A DNA stretch of 63,158 nt, filler included, from Sphacelaria rigidula (lineage: Eukaryota), in assembly GCA_964200075.2 (NCBI GenBank). It is 7 parts of 7 records of this genome, joined end to end, with 100 filler letters (N's around TTAATTAATTAA, not from the genome) between each part and the next. Parts side by side here need not be neighbours in the genome. Positions count along the whole stretch, not along the records: positions 54,224 to 63,158 come from CAXNAA020009705.1; 6 more parts are not named here. One strand, 5' to 3'. Each line of letters begins with the position of its first letter. Positions within the stretch are counted from its first letter, which is position 1. This document shows positions 61,701 through 63,158 of the stretch, piece after piece. Made by a program: the position numbers and the translations under genes. The notes beneath the pieces were generated by a model, which worked only from the letters and a program-made list of their open reading frames with translations, searched no databases and had not been told where the DNA came from.

Positions 61701-63158
61701 CAGTTGTGTTTTTTGTTTTTTTGTTTCTTGTGTTTCAGTTTTCCCCGTTTATTTGTTTCATCTTTGTGTATTTTTTCAATTTCTCCCTTTTAAGCAGGCG
61801 TTTCCGTCTTGCTCACCTTGGGTTCGCCTACCTTGTGACTACGGCTGAATCCCTCAGGGGTCAGTTATGTACATATAGCAATCAATCAACCATCCAATCC
61901 CCACTAACCTACAAGATCCCCAATCCACTCCTACACACAATATATATTTTCTAGTTGTACTCACTAGACTACACCATGGTTTCTACTCATGAAGGTTGTT
62001 TCACCACTCGCGTGGGCACTGTGTCTTGCGGTTGATATTTTCCCCACCTGAACGTAAGGATCATTGATATGTGGAGGCACTGCGCCCTAGCGTAGCTGTG
62101 TTACAACCATGAGCTTGGGTCGGCGCCGACATACGACTTCTCGATACGCCTAAGCGCGAGGAACTGTGAAAAGATCTTCAGATATGCACGAACCGTTGGT
62201 GGAAAGGCCGCATTTCCGGAGAATGCCACGTCTGCCTCGGTAGAAAGAACACGAATTGTTGACACAGCAAACTTGCGCACGGATACTTCAATCCTCTAGC
62301 GATAGAAGAAGAAAAATACTGTTTTTTAGGGAGATCGATATGGATATAGGAGTACCTGATGACGAAGGTGCATTATTGCTTGTGCAGGCGTGTATGAAAC
62401 TGATGTGTACCAGGGGGTGATATCGAGCGTGGGGTAGACATTTATGTTCTGAAACGAAGCTTCTACAACAGAATTGGAATCACCTTTAGTGCACGAAGTT
62501 GTGGTGGTGGAGGGTGGGGAGCACGTTGTGTGCTGCAGTCACTTCCAGCTTCGAGCGGCATCCTGTGAAGTTGACCGTCTCTCCAAGCACTGTACTTCGG
62601 TGGCGTTGCCAGCTGTGCAGCCATCATCGATACGGCGAGGTGCTGCCGATACTGTTACACTTCGTAACGATCATGTTCAAGTTTGATTTCTACTCGGCCG
62701 AAGAGCAAGCTTCGAGTGAGGCCGCTGGGACGGACCAGGAAAGTCAACCGCTCGGTGCACAACGACAACAGCATGTCGCCCGAAAAATTGAGCCAGCACA
62801 TAATATAAGTGAGAGATTTGCGGTTTGTAGGAACCATAAAGGTCATTCTCATTCCCACTTAGTGCAGGCTTGGCGTACTGCTTTCTTTCAGCGCATGTGT
62901 CATCCACATCGTGAACCTCTTGATGTGTGTACGTAACAGTTTCCATAAATGGTTGGGCGTTTATTCTTTACCTTCGAGGTGTCGTGGGGAAAACTGGCCA
63001 AGCTGAATATTTTTTATTGTTGTCGACTACGAGTATAATAATTCCATCTGCTCTTTTTTGCTTTTTTTCTACGTTTTTTTTTTTTTCATTTTTTTTTCGT
63101 CCTTTTTTTACTTTCTTTACTTTTTAAAAGAGCTCCCCCCGTGGTCCCCGTCCCCCCC

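Overview
This is eukaryotic, intron-rich nuclear DNA, most consistent with a stramenopile such as a brown alga (inference from gene architecture only). It is not one locus: seven unrelated ~8.94-kb contigs (1-8939, 9040-17978, 18079-27015, 27116-36051, 36152-45087, 45188-54123, 54224-63158) are joined in descending length order by 100-nt N spacers carrying TTAATTAATTAA. Most ORFs in the supplied track are spurious because the real genes are spliced. Six partial spliced genes were rebuilt by hand: a DUF4470-type protein, URB1/Npa1 (3' part), a small ferredoxin domain of the type fused to metallo-beta-lactamase folds, a BEACH-WD40 protein (with a probable GC-AG intron), a mitochondrial phosphate carrier (3' part) and an unknown membrane protein. 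Introns and intergenic DNA are packed with non-autonomous TIR elements, tRNA-derived SINEs and a decayed RTE-like LINE. The most notable items are (i) a frameshifted XPG/FEN1-like nuclease plus Cys-rich finger resembling AcademX DNA transposons, next to a TAG..CTA-terminated MITE, (ii) a tRNA-derived SINE present with two different 3' tails, one shared with the LINE, and (iii) an 8-bp-TSD element with a partly duplicated left end and a CRISPR-mimicking internal repeat. No true CRISPR array, rRNA or intact tRNA was found.
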